From assembly GCF_009914755.1 (NCBI RefSeq), contig NC_060926.1: 64,000 nucleotides of DNA. One strand, written 5' to 3'. The notes below the pieces were generated by a model. That model had not been told where the DNA came from and searched no databases. It saw only the letters and a list, made by a program, of their open reading frames with translations. The position numbers and the translations under genes are program-made. Source of the stretch: the human T2T-CHM13v2.0 reference genome, Homo sapiens. Shown in pieces: positions 33,923 through 48,533 of the stretch (position 1 is the first letter of the stretch; each line of letters opens with the position of its first letter).

Positions 33923-35052
33923 GTTTTCTTTCTCTTATTTTTTGTTTTTGGCACCCCAGGTGGGACACAAACAATCCCTGGGTTAGGAAGCCAGTGCTCC
34001 CTATTTCTAAATGTGGTACAGATTGGAGTTGTCTGAGCCTCCCCAGAGGCCCCCTTAAAAGAGCAGTGAGCAGGGCCTTCCTGGAGATAAAAGACCCTGG
34101 GGGCACTCCAGCACCCAAAGAGTTCTCACCCCTCCACAGGGCCCCCCTCCAGGCTGCAAGGTCCCCCAGGTGGGAGATGTCCCTCTAGGATAGGGCCGCT
34201 GAGCCTCTGTTGGGTGGTGTGGGGTATCGGCTGCTGGGCTGGGCAGCCACCTCTCAGTTCTTCCCTCCCCCTTCCTCTCCCATCGGTCTTCTCTTTCTCT
34301 GTCTCATTTCCTGAGGACAAACACTTACGACCAACCTATTCATTCCATAAGCTGCTGCCTCTCACTAGCCCTGCTCTAGCCCTGGGGGTGAATAGTCTTG
34401 AACAAAAGCTGGCAGCCCCACCCTGGAGCCCAGGTTCTAGGAGAGGGGACAGAACTGGCTGCCTGCACAGCTACAGAGAATGGGAGAGGGCTTAAGTGCT
34501 GAGGAGGAAGTGCCTCCTGGTGGGTGGCCAGGGGAAGGTGGGTGTCAGGGAAAGACCTTTGCAGGTGGCAGGTGTCTCAGGGAGAGGTTCCTGGTTCTGG
34601 ATGGCCAAGGGTAGGGCTCTGAGGGGAGCCACCCATTTGTTTCTGCAACTGTGGGGTTGCTGTGGGGTGTTGAGCCTCCCTCTTTCCCTCCTGTAACCTT
34701 CAGCCTTTGATGCTCCTGCCTCCGGCACCTGCACCGGAGCCCAGTCCGCTGCGCAGCCTTGGCACCGAGCCTCTATTCTGTTTCTCTGACCCATCCCCTG
34801 ACCACTCACCCGTGTGCACCACATTCATTATTAGTGTTGGGATATAGGGTATTATCAATTTTCCCAACTCCTGTTAATCAACATGTTTTTGGGTGACTTC
34901 GGAAATGTCACACTTTGTCTCCTTCTTTTAAATATCTGGATGATATGGCCTTTTCCTCACCCGTGTGTGGCAAGGTGGTCCTAGGAGAGGGGGCCCCTAG
35001 TTGGATGCTGGTGACTCCCCCAGGGACTGAGCCCAGGCTCTCCATGCCACAG

Positions 35053-35164
35053 AAATGCACCGCACCCAGACCAAGTTCGAGGACGCCTTCACCCTCAAGG
35101 TGTTCATCTTCCAGTTCGTCAACTTCTACTCCTCACCCGTCTACATTGCCTTCTTCAAGGGCAG
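35053..35164 (+). CDS. ANO7: ANO7 exon 16
   Basis: ccacag|[40 protein letters not shown]|gttggt. Confidence 0.96.
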
Positions 35165-35530
35165 GTTGGTGGGCACCTCTCCCTCTGGCCACAGCTTGTC
35201 CCGGCTTAGTTCTGCTCATGTTTCCCGCTGCCTGGGTACCAGGCGTCATCCAGCCGTGCTCAGGCAGGTGGAGGACGGAACCGGAGACCCAGGCAGGGGA
35301 CAGGGGCCCATGCCTCCTGGCACCTCTGAGCAAAGAGGGGCTGCCCACCTCTTGGTCCCTACCCAGCTCGGGGGTCCACAGGAGGCCCAGCTCACAACCG
35401 GGACTCTACGCCACAGTTCGTGCTTCCTCCAGGGCAGGTGCAGCAGCTCTGCTGAGGCCTCCAGAGCCCAGGGAAGTGGGAGGAGACAGGAAGGATCCCA
35501 TCAAGGCTCATGATCTTGACTTTCTCCTAG

Positions 35531-35585
35531 GTTTGTGGGATACCCAGGCAACTACCACACCTTGTTTGGAGTCCGCAATGAGGAG
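35531..35585 (+). CDS. ANO7: ANO7 exon 17
   Basis: tcctag|G FVGYPGNYHTLFGVRNEE|gtgagt. Confidence 0.95.
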
Positions 35586-36060
35586 GTGAGTGTGCCTGAG
35601 GCCCGGGACTGGGGGATGAGCTGTGTGCTTCCTCTCACTTCCATTCTTCCATTCGAGCTTTGATTTGCAGCAATTCCTCCCACCACCGGCTATTTCCATC
35701 GCCCAGCCAGGGCCAGCTGTGCAGCTGACCACTCAGGGCTCCCAGCCTCTCTTCACCACTTATTCTGACCCCCGATATGCCCCATTCAGAACCACACCAA
35801 AACACTCCAGGCCGGGCACAGTGGCTCACGCCTGTAATCTCAGCACTTAGGGAGGCTGAGGGAGGAGGATCGCTTAAGCCCAAGAGTACGAGACCAGCTT
35901 GGACAACATAGTGAGTCCTCATCGCCACAAAAATTAATAAAAAAGCAAACCAAAAACCCTACCCCACCCCAGCTGTCCCAGCCCGTATTACTCTTTCCCC
36001 ATTTTAACCCAATTCACACCTGAGAAAAGTGTGAGCCATTACGGTGGGCGCAGAGCCTCT

Positions 36061-36223
36061 GGCACACAGGCCCGCAGAGGCTGGCCTCCTCATGGCACAC
36101 GGCCCGCAGGGGCTGGCCTCCTCATGGCACACAGGCCCGCAGGGGCTGGCCTCCTCATGGCACACGGCCCGCAGGGGCTGGCCTCCTCATGGCACACAGG
36201 GGTCGCAGGGGCTGGCCTCCTCA
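36061..36223. repeat. 32/33-bp tandem repeat x5 in ANO7 intron 17
   Basis: unit ggcacac(a)ggcccgcaggggctggcctcctcat. Confidence 0.92.
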
Positions 36224-36912
36224 CAGGCTTGGCGTGCTGCCGCCATGGCTGTCAGGGATCTCCCTGTGGCCAGCTGTCCTCTCCCCATCAGCACAGTGGG
36301 CTCTGCCTGTGACTGTATCTCTAAGAGCCTTAGCTACTCCGTATCTCTGAGAGCCAGGCGTGAACCTGGTTTTTCAGAAAGCAAATGGAAGTTCACCTGG
36401 TGGAGGATGAAGCGTTGTTGTCACGGGGGACCCTGCAAAGCAGACCCCAAGACAGAGATTCTGGTGCAAGTAACTGACGTGTGCATCACCCCAGAAGTAG
36501 TCTCCACTGTGCCACAGCCCCTCCAAGACACCGTAGAGAAGCCCTCAAAACTGTTCCCGACGCACAGCCCCTCCTGGGTGAGGGCCAGGCATGTCCCAGC
36601 AGCTGGGGTCGCAGGCAGCAGGGTGGGTGCATCTGGAGCCATCCACAGGTGGCCTCTGGGCTGGGCTGGGACCTAAGTGGACCCCTGCTGAGTGACCCCT
36701 GGCCTGAAAGACCTCTTCTCCTTTTGGAAGAGGAGGAGGAGGAGAGAAACTTCGCATGGGGTCTGGGCCATGAGCCAGCCCAACTGCAAAGTGGCTGCCC
36801 CCAAAGGGGTGGTGTCCATTTCATGTGAGAGGGGAAAGGGAAGGCTGGGGATGGAGTGGGGAGTGTGGCTGCGGGTGCCACAACGGACCAGCCAGAGGGC
36901 TCTCAATTGTTA

Positions 36913-37190
<278 letters not shown>

Positions 37191-37763
37191 TTTTCTTGGC
37201 TCCTGTACTGAAAATGCTCAGGGCTACGCGGGCTTAGGTATGAATGATCCAGGTGTTAAAAATGCTGCACTGCTATTCCCAGCATTGCCTGTGTTCTCAG
37301 AAAGATTATCCCCATCTGGAGGGAAGGTGCCCTGCAGTGCGGCCGACACTCTCGGACTTAGCACCCCTTGCAAGGCACGTGTTCCCAGGAACTCCACCTC
37401 CCACTGGCTCGAACTGGGTCACCGATTGGTGGGGCCTGCCTCGTGGGTCTGTCTTGAAGCCAGAGGCTACAGTCAGCCCCATGTAACCCCTTGTGGGTCT
37501 CCAAAGGAAAACTGGGGTGCCATTAGGTACATATAGCAGTGCCCCCTGCAGCTTTCCAGTGCAGTCTTCCAGCTGGACCTGGGGGCTCCTGTGAGGTCGG
37601 GAGGGAGTGTTATGGTGGGAGCATCTCTGCAACCCTCCAGGTGCCCAAGGCATGTCAGGAGGGAGGTGGGGGCCGGGATGAGGGCCAGCTTTGAGACAAG
37701 AAGGGATGCGTGGGTGAGTGGCTGGTCCCCCTCTCCCAGCTAACCTGAGCCCTGCTGCCGTAG

Positions 37764-37861
37764 TGCGCGGCTGGAGGCTGCCTGATCGAGCTGGCACAGG
37801 AGCTCCTGGTCATCATGGTGGGCAAGCAGGTCATCAACAACATGCAGGAGGTCCTCATCCC
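37764..37861 (+). CDS. ANO7: ANO7 exon 18
   Basis: ccgtag|CAAGGCLIELAQELLVIMVGKQVINNMQEVLI CC|gtgagt. Confidence 0.95.
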
Positions 37862-39051
37862 GTGAGTCCCCCACTCCTCCCTGGGTGGCATCCAAGGACC
37901 GAGGGACCCCAGAGCACCTGGCAGTAGCAGCCTCCAGCCCGGCCCTAGCTGGGAGAAGAGGTGAAGGGAAGGCACCTTGCCTGGGGAGGGGGAGGGGGAG
38001 TGTGCCCGGCCGTCTGCCCCGGGCTCTGGGCTGCCCGCCCTGCAGCTGCCCTGTGGCTGGCTGAGGTCTTCTGGGTTGTAGTTGTGGGAGACGCTACCCC
38101 TGGGACCAGCTTTGGCTGGGGAGGGGGTCTGGGCTCCTGGACCCAAGGCTGGGGTGATGGCTCTGTCCGTTCAGAGATGCTGCGGCTGGGCCAGAGTATT
38201 CCTTGGCATCCCCAGGCCCCAACGCAGCACAAGAGGGAGGAGGAAAAGGAGGTCCCAGGGTTGATCCTCAGACACACGTCTGCCTCAGATGCCCCTGCCA
38301 GGGACACCCTGACCACAAGGCTCCCATAGCCAGAGTCCTTCAAAGAGGCTGCCCAGGGCCTCGCCTCCCGCTCAAGGCCAGACTGACCTGAATGCCCTCC
38401 CAGCGCCCCCTGAACACCTGATCTGCCCCCAGAAGGCAGCTCCCAAATCAGCACTGACATTTCTGGGCCACCACGAATAGCAGTTGGGAGATGGTGGCCA
38501 TGCCACATCCCGAGAGATGGCCCTGCCTCTTGGAACTATTGGTGCTGTGAAACCACAAGACCATAAGGTGCAGGGTGGAGCTCTGTGCCTGGCAGGAGCA
38601 GGGCACGGATGAGTGACAGTGTGATAAGGCAACATGCACACATGCCCCTGTGTAGGACGAACCCAACACGTGGGCCTCCACATCTGCTTTCCCTGGGACA
38701 CCACAGTCGTCCTCGTCCACTCCCTCCCAACCTTGGCAGAGCTCTTGGCACTGCTTTGCAATTCCGGGAGGAGCCCATTACCCCTAAAGCCTTAAGGAAC
38801 AATGCGGGGGGCTGGGCGGGTGGACTGCCCTCCCACATCTGACCAACAGACACAGACGCTTTCACTGAGTCCGATCTGCAAAGCTGTTGGCTCTCACTGC
38901 GTCCACCCCTCAGCCCCAGACCCCATCCCTCCCTGCTGCCCTTCAATTGCAAAGCAACAGGCTTGTCCCGGCCACATCTCCCCCAAGGACTATAGCAGCC
39001 ACTGAGACCCATGTTGGATCAAAGGCCATTTTCCTGTATTCCCGTCCCCAG

Positions 39052-39197
39052 GAAGCTAAAGGGCTGGTGGCAGAAGTTCCGGCTTCGCTCCAAGAAGAGG
39101 AAGGCGGGAGCTTCTGCAGGGGCTAGCCAGGGGCCCTGGGAGGACGACTATGAGCTTGTGCCCTGTGAGGGTCTGTTTGACGAGTACCTGGAAATGG
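39052..39197 (+). CDS. ANO7: ANO7 exon 19
   Basis: ccccag|G KLKGWWQKFRLRSKKRK...GLFDEYLEM G|gtagga. Confidence 0.96.
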
Positions 39198-39480
39198 GTA
39201 GGAGCCCGTTAGCAGCTGCGGCAATGGCTGGCGCCGTGGGCAGGGATGGGTGGCCACTCTGCTCAAGGGCCTCCCAGCCTGACATTCCTGTGTCTGCATC
39301 TGCCCTGAAATGTGCTGTGGGGGTGGGGTGGGAACAGAGGGTCGGGCCTGTGGAGAATCCAGAAAGGAATTCTTTTCCCCTGAGAGTGCCCAAGAGGGTT
39401 GGCTGAGGACAGAGGGGCACCGGCACGGGGAGGAGGCCCCCGGGGCCGTTGCAGAGCTCCCCTGGGGTCCCTGGACCTAG

Positions 39481-40097
<617 letters not shown>

Positions 40098-40640
40098 TAA
40101 CCTAGCAAGCGGGCATGTGAGCCGGCAGGCCCCGGAGCTCCCCAGCGTAGCCGCGGCATCTGTGGAAAGGGAGCAGGCCAGTTCCCAGGGCGAGGAGTGG
40201 ACGCCCTGACCCTCCTCCACTGAACCCTGGACCCCAATGATCTCACTAGTAATTCTCGGCGAAGACCCAGAAGCCCCTTCCAAAGAGCCCTCTCCTAACA
40301 GCTCCCCTGTGGGGTGACTGGAGAAGCTGGTTGTAAAATCAGAAGCAGGTTTCTGCCCCAACGCCTGCCCTGAGTTAGTTCCTGAGCTCACCGAGCCGGA
40401 GAAGGCCCGTGACCAGCCAGAAGCACGGAGCGCAGGGCAGGACAGCCGGCCTGAGGCCGGTCAGGAGAGGCGGCCCTGGCGCTGCGCGGTCCAGGACGAG
40501 GGAGACCAGGAGGTGGGGGCGGAATGAGCCGCGATGGGGTGGCGGCACCACGTGGACTGGCCGGTCCTCCGCGGGGGGCGCGTTCCGAGGGCTGAGGGCG
40601 GACGGTGGCGGAGAGCCCGGCCGTGATCCCCTCCCCGCAG

Positions 40641-40846
40641 TGCTGCAGTTCGGCTTCGTCACCATCTTCGTGGCCGCCTGTCCGCTCGCGCCGCTCTTCG
40701 CCCTGCTCAACAACTGGGTGGAGATCCGCTTGGACGCGCGCAAGTTCGTCTGCGAGTACCGGCGCCCGGTGGCCGAGCGCACCCAGGACATCGGCATCTG
40801 GTTCCACATCCTGGCGGGCCTCACGCACCTGGCGGTCATCAGCAAC
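40641..40846 (+). CDS. ANO7: ANO7 exon 20 (Ca2+-site helices)
   Basis: ccgcag|[37 protein letters not shown]...LAVISN|gtgagg. Confidence 0.97.
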
Positions 40847-40865
40847 GTGAGGCCCGGGCGGGAGC

Positions 40866-41198
40866 GCGGGGCGGGGCGGGGGCGCGCAGGGGCGGGGCGG
40901 GGGGGGCAGCGGGGGCGCGCAGGGGCGGGCCGGGGGCAGCGGGGGCGCGCAGGGGCGGGGCGGGGGGCAGCGGGGGCGCGCAGGGGCGGGGCGGGGGGCA
41001 GCGGGGGCGCGTAGGGGCGGGGCGGGGGGCAGCGGGGGCGCGCAGGGGCGGGGCGGGGGGGCAGCGGGGGCGCGCAGGGGCGGGGCGGGGGGGGCAGCGG
41101 GGGCGCGCAGGGGCGGGGCGGGGGGGCAGCGGGGGCGCGCAGGGGCGGAGCGGGGGCGCGCAGGGGCGGAGCGGGGGCGCGCAGGGGCGGAGCGGGGG
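40866..41198. repeat. G-rich VNTR (about 11 units of 21-33 bp) filling ANO7 intron 20
   Basis: unit gcgggggcgcgcaggggcggggcg(g)nca; last units shorter (gcgggggcgcgcaggggcgga). Confidence 0.95.
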
Positions 41199-41228
41199 CC
41201 GCCTCGCGCTGACCCCTCCGGCGCCCAG

Positions 41229-41371
41229 GCCTTCCTCCTGGCCTTCTCGTCCGACTTCCTGCCGCGCGCCTACTACCGGTGGACCCGCGCCCACGACCTG
41301 CGCGGCTTCCTCAACTTCACGCTGGCGCGAGCCCCGTCCTCCTTCGCCGCCGCGCACAACCGCACGTGCAG
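41229..41371 (+). CDS. ANO7: ANO7 exon 21
   Basis: gcccag|AFLLAFSSDFLPRAYYRW...AHNRTC AG|gtgagc. Confidence 0.96.
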
Positions 41372-41619
41372 GTGAGCCCCGCGCCAGGTGGAGGGGGCCG
41401 CGGGCGCACGAGGACGAGGCGGAGCGGGGCTCGGGTGGGGTGGGGGTGCGGCGGTGGGGAGCCGGGAGGGGCGGGCGCCGCCGGGCAAGGCCGGGGGAGG
41501 GAGGGAGCTGGGGGCGCCGTGGGCAGGGGCTGGGGGGAGGTTCCCCGCGGTAAGGGACGGAGCTTTGCGGGGCTGGAGGGCAAATCGTGGATTCTAGGTG
41601 AATTGCTAGTTGGTCATAG

Positions 41620-42111
41620 TGTAGCAGGACGAGTCGCAGACAGAACTCCTCAGACACCGGATTAAAGAAGGAAGAGGTTTTTTTATTCGGCCGGGGGCGT
41701 CGGCAGACTCGTGTCTTCAGAGCGGAGCTCGCCGAAAAAGAAATTCTTAGCCCTTTGAAGGGCTTACAACTCTAAGGGTCTACGTGAAAGAGTCATAATA
41801 GATCAAGTAAGCGTGAGGAACGTGACTGTGGGCTACATACATCAGCTAACGGTACAAAAAGTTTTACGGTGCTTTCTCATACAGCGTCTGGAATTCACAC
41901 ATAACACCAGTAGTTTTGGTCAGGGGTTAATATTATTGTTATTTTAACCGCCAGGGCCAGGTGGTGGCGCCAAGGTCATCTAGCTATTTATCTTCTGTTT
42001 CTTTCCAGCTTTTTGCTTTCTTCCTTTTCTCCTGTCTTATAAACTAGGGAAAAGGGGAGGTTGGGGAGAAACTGGGAAGGACAACAGGAGAAGTGGTGGC
42101 CTCATACCATA
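41620..42111 (-). mobile_element. Solo ERV1-class LTR (LTR15-like), antisense to ANO7
   Basis: minus strand reads TATGGTATGAG...AATAAA (41682-41687)...CGTCCTGCTACA; 4-bp TSD atag at 41616-41619 and 42112-42115; family name from recall. Confidence 0.8.
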
Positions 42112-42554
42112 ATAGAACCTGCAGAGCAGGTAGATGTACTTCACCCGCAGTTGTGGAGACTTCCTTTGTGATCTGGTTACAATGAAGTTTTGCATGTGTT
42201 TCAATAAACTTGAAAAGCATCATAGTCTCCTAATGTTGGAGCAAATCTCAGCAGTAAAATTACGAAACCATAGGGTTATCAGTCTTTTCATATCGGTCTC
42301 TCTCAGGTTTTGCTTTTGCTCTATGTATTTTGAGCTTTTTAGTTGTGTACGAATTCATACTTGTGATCTCTTCATAATGGATACTTACTTTTTCCTTTTA
42401 TTCTTTATCTTTTTTATTCCTCCTCTCCTGACTTCTGGTGGATGGGTAAAAGTGTTCTGGTTGTTTTTTTTATTATTATTCTTTTGCTTATTTGGAACCG
42501 ATGGCATATATTTCTATTATTTTAGGGGTTACTCATATGTTTAGCATACATTCT

Positions 42555-45303
<2,749 letters not shown>

Positions 45304-46178
45304 TGAAAGAGTTACGTCTTTGTTTAGTTCTGGAAATGTCTCCATCTTACTCCTTCCAGCAGTGCTTCTCTGCTTGTCCATTGTCGTCTGGAACTCCCAC
45401 TGGGCTGTGGCCTGCTTCCCCCCAAGTGTGCTCTCTGTGTTGCCGCAGGGTGGTCTCGTCGTCACTGTCTCCCAGTCCCCAGTCTCTCTTCTGCTGTGTC
45501 TGGCCACTTAAAAGTTTATTCCATTCATTTGAGGGATTTTTTTTCCAATGGCTATATTTTTAACTTGCAATATTTGTTTTTTTGTTTTTTTTATTTTCCT
45601 ACAAAGTTGACCCTGGTAATAGTTTTCATGGAGTGCAACATGTAACTTTATATTAGAAAATGGAATGTCACATCTTTACCATGGGACAGAGACACAGGAA
45701 GATGTCAAAGTCTGAAATAGCAAGTGAAGCTGAATGTAGCTTATGATAGGGAGGGAGGGCTCTGCTGGGCAGGGACAGTCTCTGAGCAGGTGAACTGCTG
45801 ATCTCACAGAGGTCAGCAATCGGCGGATTTTCACCGTGTAAGTAGACTGAAGTCATCCGTAGAAGCACAGACGTACTGGACTGTCACATCTACTAGAAAA
45901 TAAAGCATCTGCCACCTGGGGGGTGGGGAGGGTCCAGTTTAGCCCAATGGGGGACAACCCAGCACATCCACCTTTGGAACCCACCAGTTAAAGGTATTGT
46001 CAGAGTATCCTGTTTGGGAAGAATTCCCATTTCAGGCACCCTCGATGAAGAGCCAGGCCAGGAACATGGGATGAGAGAGCGAAATGGTGGAAAAAGGGGA
46101 GATAGGCTAATTCCAGAGGCACCTGCCCAGCCAACACTCAGCCCTGGCTGCGCGCACTGAGTCCTGTGTCTGCTGCAG

Positions 46179-46269
46179 GTATCGGGCTTTCCGGGATGAC
46201 GATGGACATTATTCCCAGACCTACTGGAATCTTCTTGCCATCCGCCTGGCCTTCGTCATTGTGTTTGAG
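46179..46269 (+). CDS. ANO7: ANO7 exon 22
   Basis: ctgcag|G YRAFRDDDGHYSQTYWNLLAIRLAFVIVFE|gtagcc. Confidence 0.96.
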
Positions 46270-46654
46270 GTAGCCGAGGCACCTGCTGGTTCTCCCATCC
46301 ATGGCATGAGGCCCCGACCCTGTGCTTTGCCTAATTCGAGCACGTGGTGAGGGGTCGGTGCCGTCACTTCCTGCTGTGTCATCTTGGTCAAATCAGAGCT
46401 CTTCTCTGCACCTGCGTTTTCCCTGCCTGGCCTCATCCCTGGGTTGTGGTGTGGACATTGTGGGTGTCTCCACAGGAGCCCCAGGGCCACGAAAGCTGGG
46501 GTGGCCTCTGCCCCTTCTGGGGTTCCTTTTCCTGCACAGCTGCTTTCTGACTCCACCCACAGCTGGGAGCAGGTGCCGGAGCCCCGGCCTGCCTGGCCCT
46601 GTGAAGGCCACTCTGGGCGTTTGGGTGGGCGTGAGTGCCTTCCTCTGCTCCCAG

Positions 46655-46774
46655 CATGTGGTTTTCTCCGTTGGCCGCCTCCTGGACCTCCTGGTGCCTG
46701 ACATCCCAGAGTCTGTGGAGATCAAAGTGAAGCGGGAGTACTACCTGGCTAAGCAGGCACTGGCTGAGAATGAG
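46655..46774 (+). CDS. ANO7: ANO7 exon 23
   Basis: tcccag|HVVFSVGRLLDLLVPDIPESVEIKVKREYYLAKQALAENE|gtgaac. Confidence 0.95.
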
Positions 46775-46897
46775 GTGAACTGTACAGCCCAGTCTCGGCC
46801 CTCCCCCCAGCCCTCTCCCTATCCTTGTCAGTGGCTGCTCTACCTCCGGACACTGAGTCACATCCCTCTTCCTCTTGCTGCCCTTTTTTGGGGACAG

Positions 46898-46948
46898 GTT
46901 CTTTTTGGAACGAACGGAACAAAGGATGAGCAGCCCGAGGGCTCAGAG
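46898..46948 (+). CDS. ANO7: ANO7 exon 24 (followed by a GC-AG intron)
   Basis: ggacag|VLFGTNGTKDEQPEGSE|gcaagt. Confidence 0.88.
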
Positions 46949-47089
46949 GCAAGTCTGGGAGCAGCCAGGCCCCTGCCCCGTGCACTCCCTGAGGTCACAG
47001 GGCCCTGCCCAGCCGCCCACTGTGCCTCGTGGCCATGGCCTGCTCCTGGCCCTAGTCTGACTTGTCCCTGCCCCCAACCCTCTCCCCAG

Positions 47090-47146
47090 CTCAGCTCCCA
47101 CTGGACACCCTTCACGGTTCCCAAGGCCAGCCAGCTGCAGCAGTGA
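47090..47146 (+). CDS. ANO7: ANO7 exon 25 coding part
   Basis: ccccag|LSSHWTPFTVPKASQLQQ-TGA. Confidence 0.92.
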   Translation, partial: LSSHWTPFTVPKASQLQQ

Positions 47147-48236
47147 CGCCTGGAAGGACATCTGGTGGTCCTTAGGGGAGTGGCCCCTCCTGAGCCCTGC
47201 GAGCAGCGTCCTTTTCCTCTTCCCTCAGGCAGCGGCTGTGTGAACCGCTGGCTGCTGTTGTGCCTCATCTCTGGGCACATTGCCTGCTTCCCCCCAGCGC
47301 CGGCTTCTCTCCTCAGAGCGCCTGTCACTCCATCCCCGGCAGGGAGGGACCGTCAGCTCACAAGGCCCTCTTTGTTTCCTGCTCCCAGACATAAGCCCAA
47401 GGGGCCCCTGCACCCAAGGGACCCTGTCCCTCGGTGGCCTCCCCAGGCCCCTGGACACGACAGTTCTCCTCAGGCAGGTGGGCTTTGTGGTCCTCGCCGC
47501 CCCTGGCCACATCGCCCTCTCCTCTTACACCTGGTGACCTTCGAATGTTTCAGAGCGCAGGGCCGTTCTCCCTCGTGTCCTCTGGACCCACCCGCCCCTT
47601 CCTGCCCTGTTTGCGCAGGGACATCACCCACATGCCCCAGCTCTCGGACCCTGCAGCTCTGTGTCCCAGGCCACAGCAAAGGTCTGTTGAACCCCTCCCT
47701 CCATTCCCAGTTATCTGGGTCCTCTGGATTCTTCTGTTTCTTGAATCAGGCTCTGCTTTCCCCCTAGCCACTACAGGCAGCCTCTGACAGTGCCGCTTTA
47801 CTTGCATTCTGCAGCAATTACATGTGTCCTTTTGATCCTTGCCCAACTTCCCTCCCTCTCCCAGCTCCTGGCCCCTGGCCCAGGGCCCCTCTTGCTGTTT
47901 TTACCTCTGTTCCTTGGGGCCTAGTACCCAGCAAGCACCCAAATGGGGGAGGTTTTGGGATGAGAGGAGGAAACGTGTATACCTGTAACATCTGGTGGCT
48001 CTTCCCCCAGAAGTTTGTGTTCATACATAATTGTTTTCCACGCTGGATCATAATGTGACGTGCAGTTCTGCCCTGTGCTGGGGAGCCACATGAAGCTTCC
48101 CCTGGCTAACTTGCTACCCCGCAGCAATCCCAGTGTGGCTGTCTGCTTGCTAAAAAATGGATCTGTGCTCATCTGTATTGATGTCCTTGGAGTTCTACAA
48201 GTGGAACTTAAGTGTCAAAAAGAATATGTGGTTTTT

Positions 48237-48533
48237 AGCTGAGCGTGGTGGCTCACACCTGTAATCCCAGGACTTTGGGAGGCTGAGGCAGGAGGATTAC
48301 AAGGTCAGGAGTTCGGGACTAGCCTGTCCAACATGGTGAAACCCTGTCTTTACTAAAAATGCAAAAATTATTCTGGGTGTGGTGGCGGGCATCTGTAATC
48401 CCAGCTATTTGGGAGGCTGAGGCAGGAGAATCGTTTGAACCCGGGAGGCGGAGGTTGTAGTGAGCTGAGATCTCAACACTGCACTACAGCCTGGGCGACA
48501 GAGCAAGACTCCGTCTCGGGAACACACACACAC
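48237..48533 (+). mobile_element. Alu downstream of the ANO7 stop; tail converted to (CA)n
   Basis: full Alu with TSD aaaaagaatatgtggtttt on both sides. Confidence 0.9.

Larger units (their letters stand above)
40380..41720. promoter_or_regulatory. Intragenic CpG island over ANO7 exons 20-21
   Basis: visibly very high GC and CpG density over more than 1.3 kb, many GGGGCGGGG boxes (judged by eye, not computed). Confidence 0.85.

Noticed and set aside
36061-36223. CTCF-like motif in the intron-17 repeat (cccgcaggggctgg)
   Set aside because: Only a partial match to the CCASYAGRKGGCRS core; not supportable without PWM or ChIP data
40839-41665. Pro/Ala/Arg-rich ORFs of up to 272 aa
   Set aside because: Stop-poor GC-rich VNTR and CpG island; no independent coding evidence
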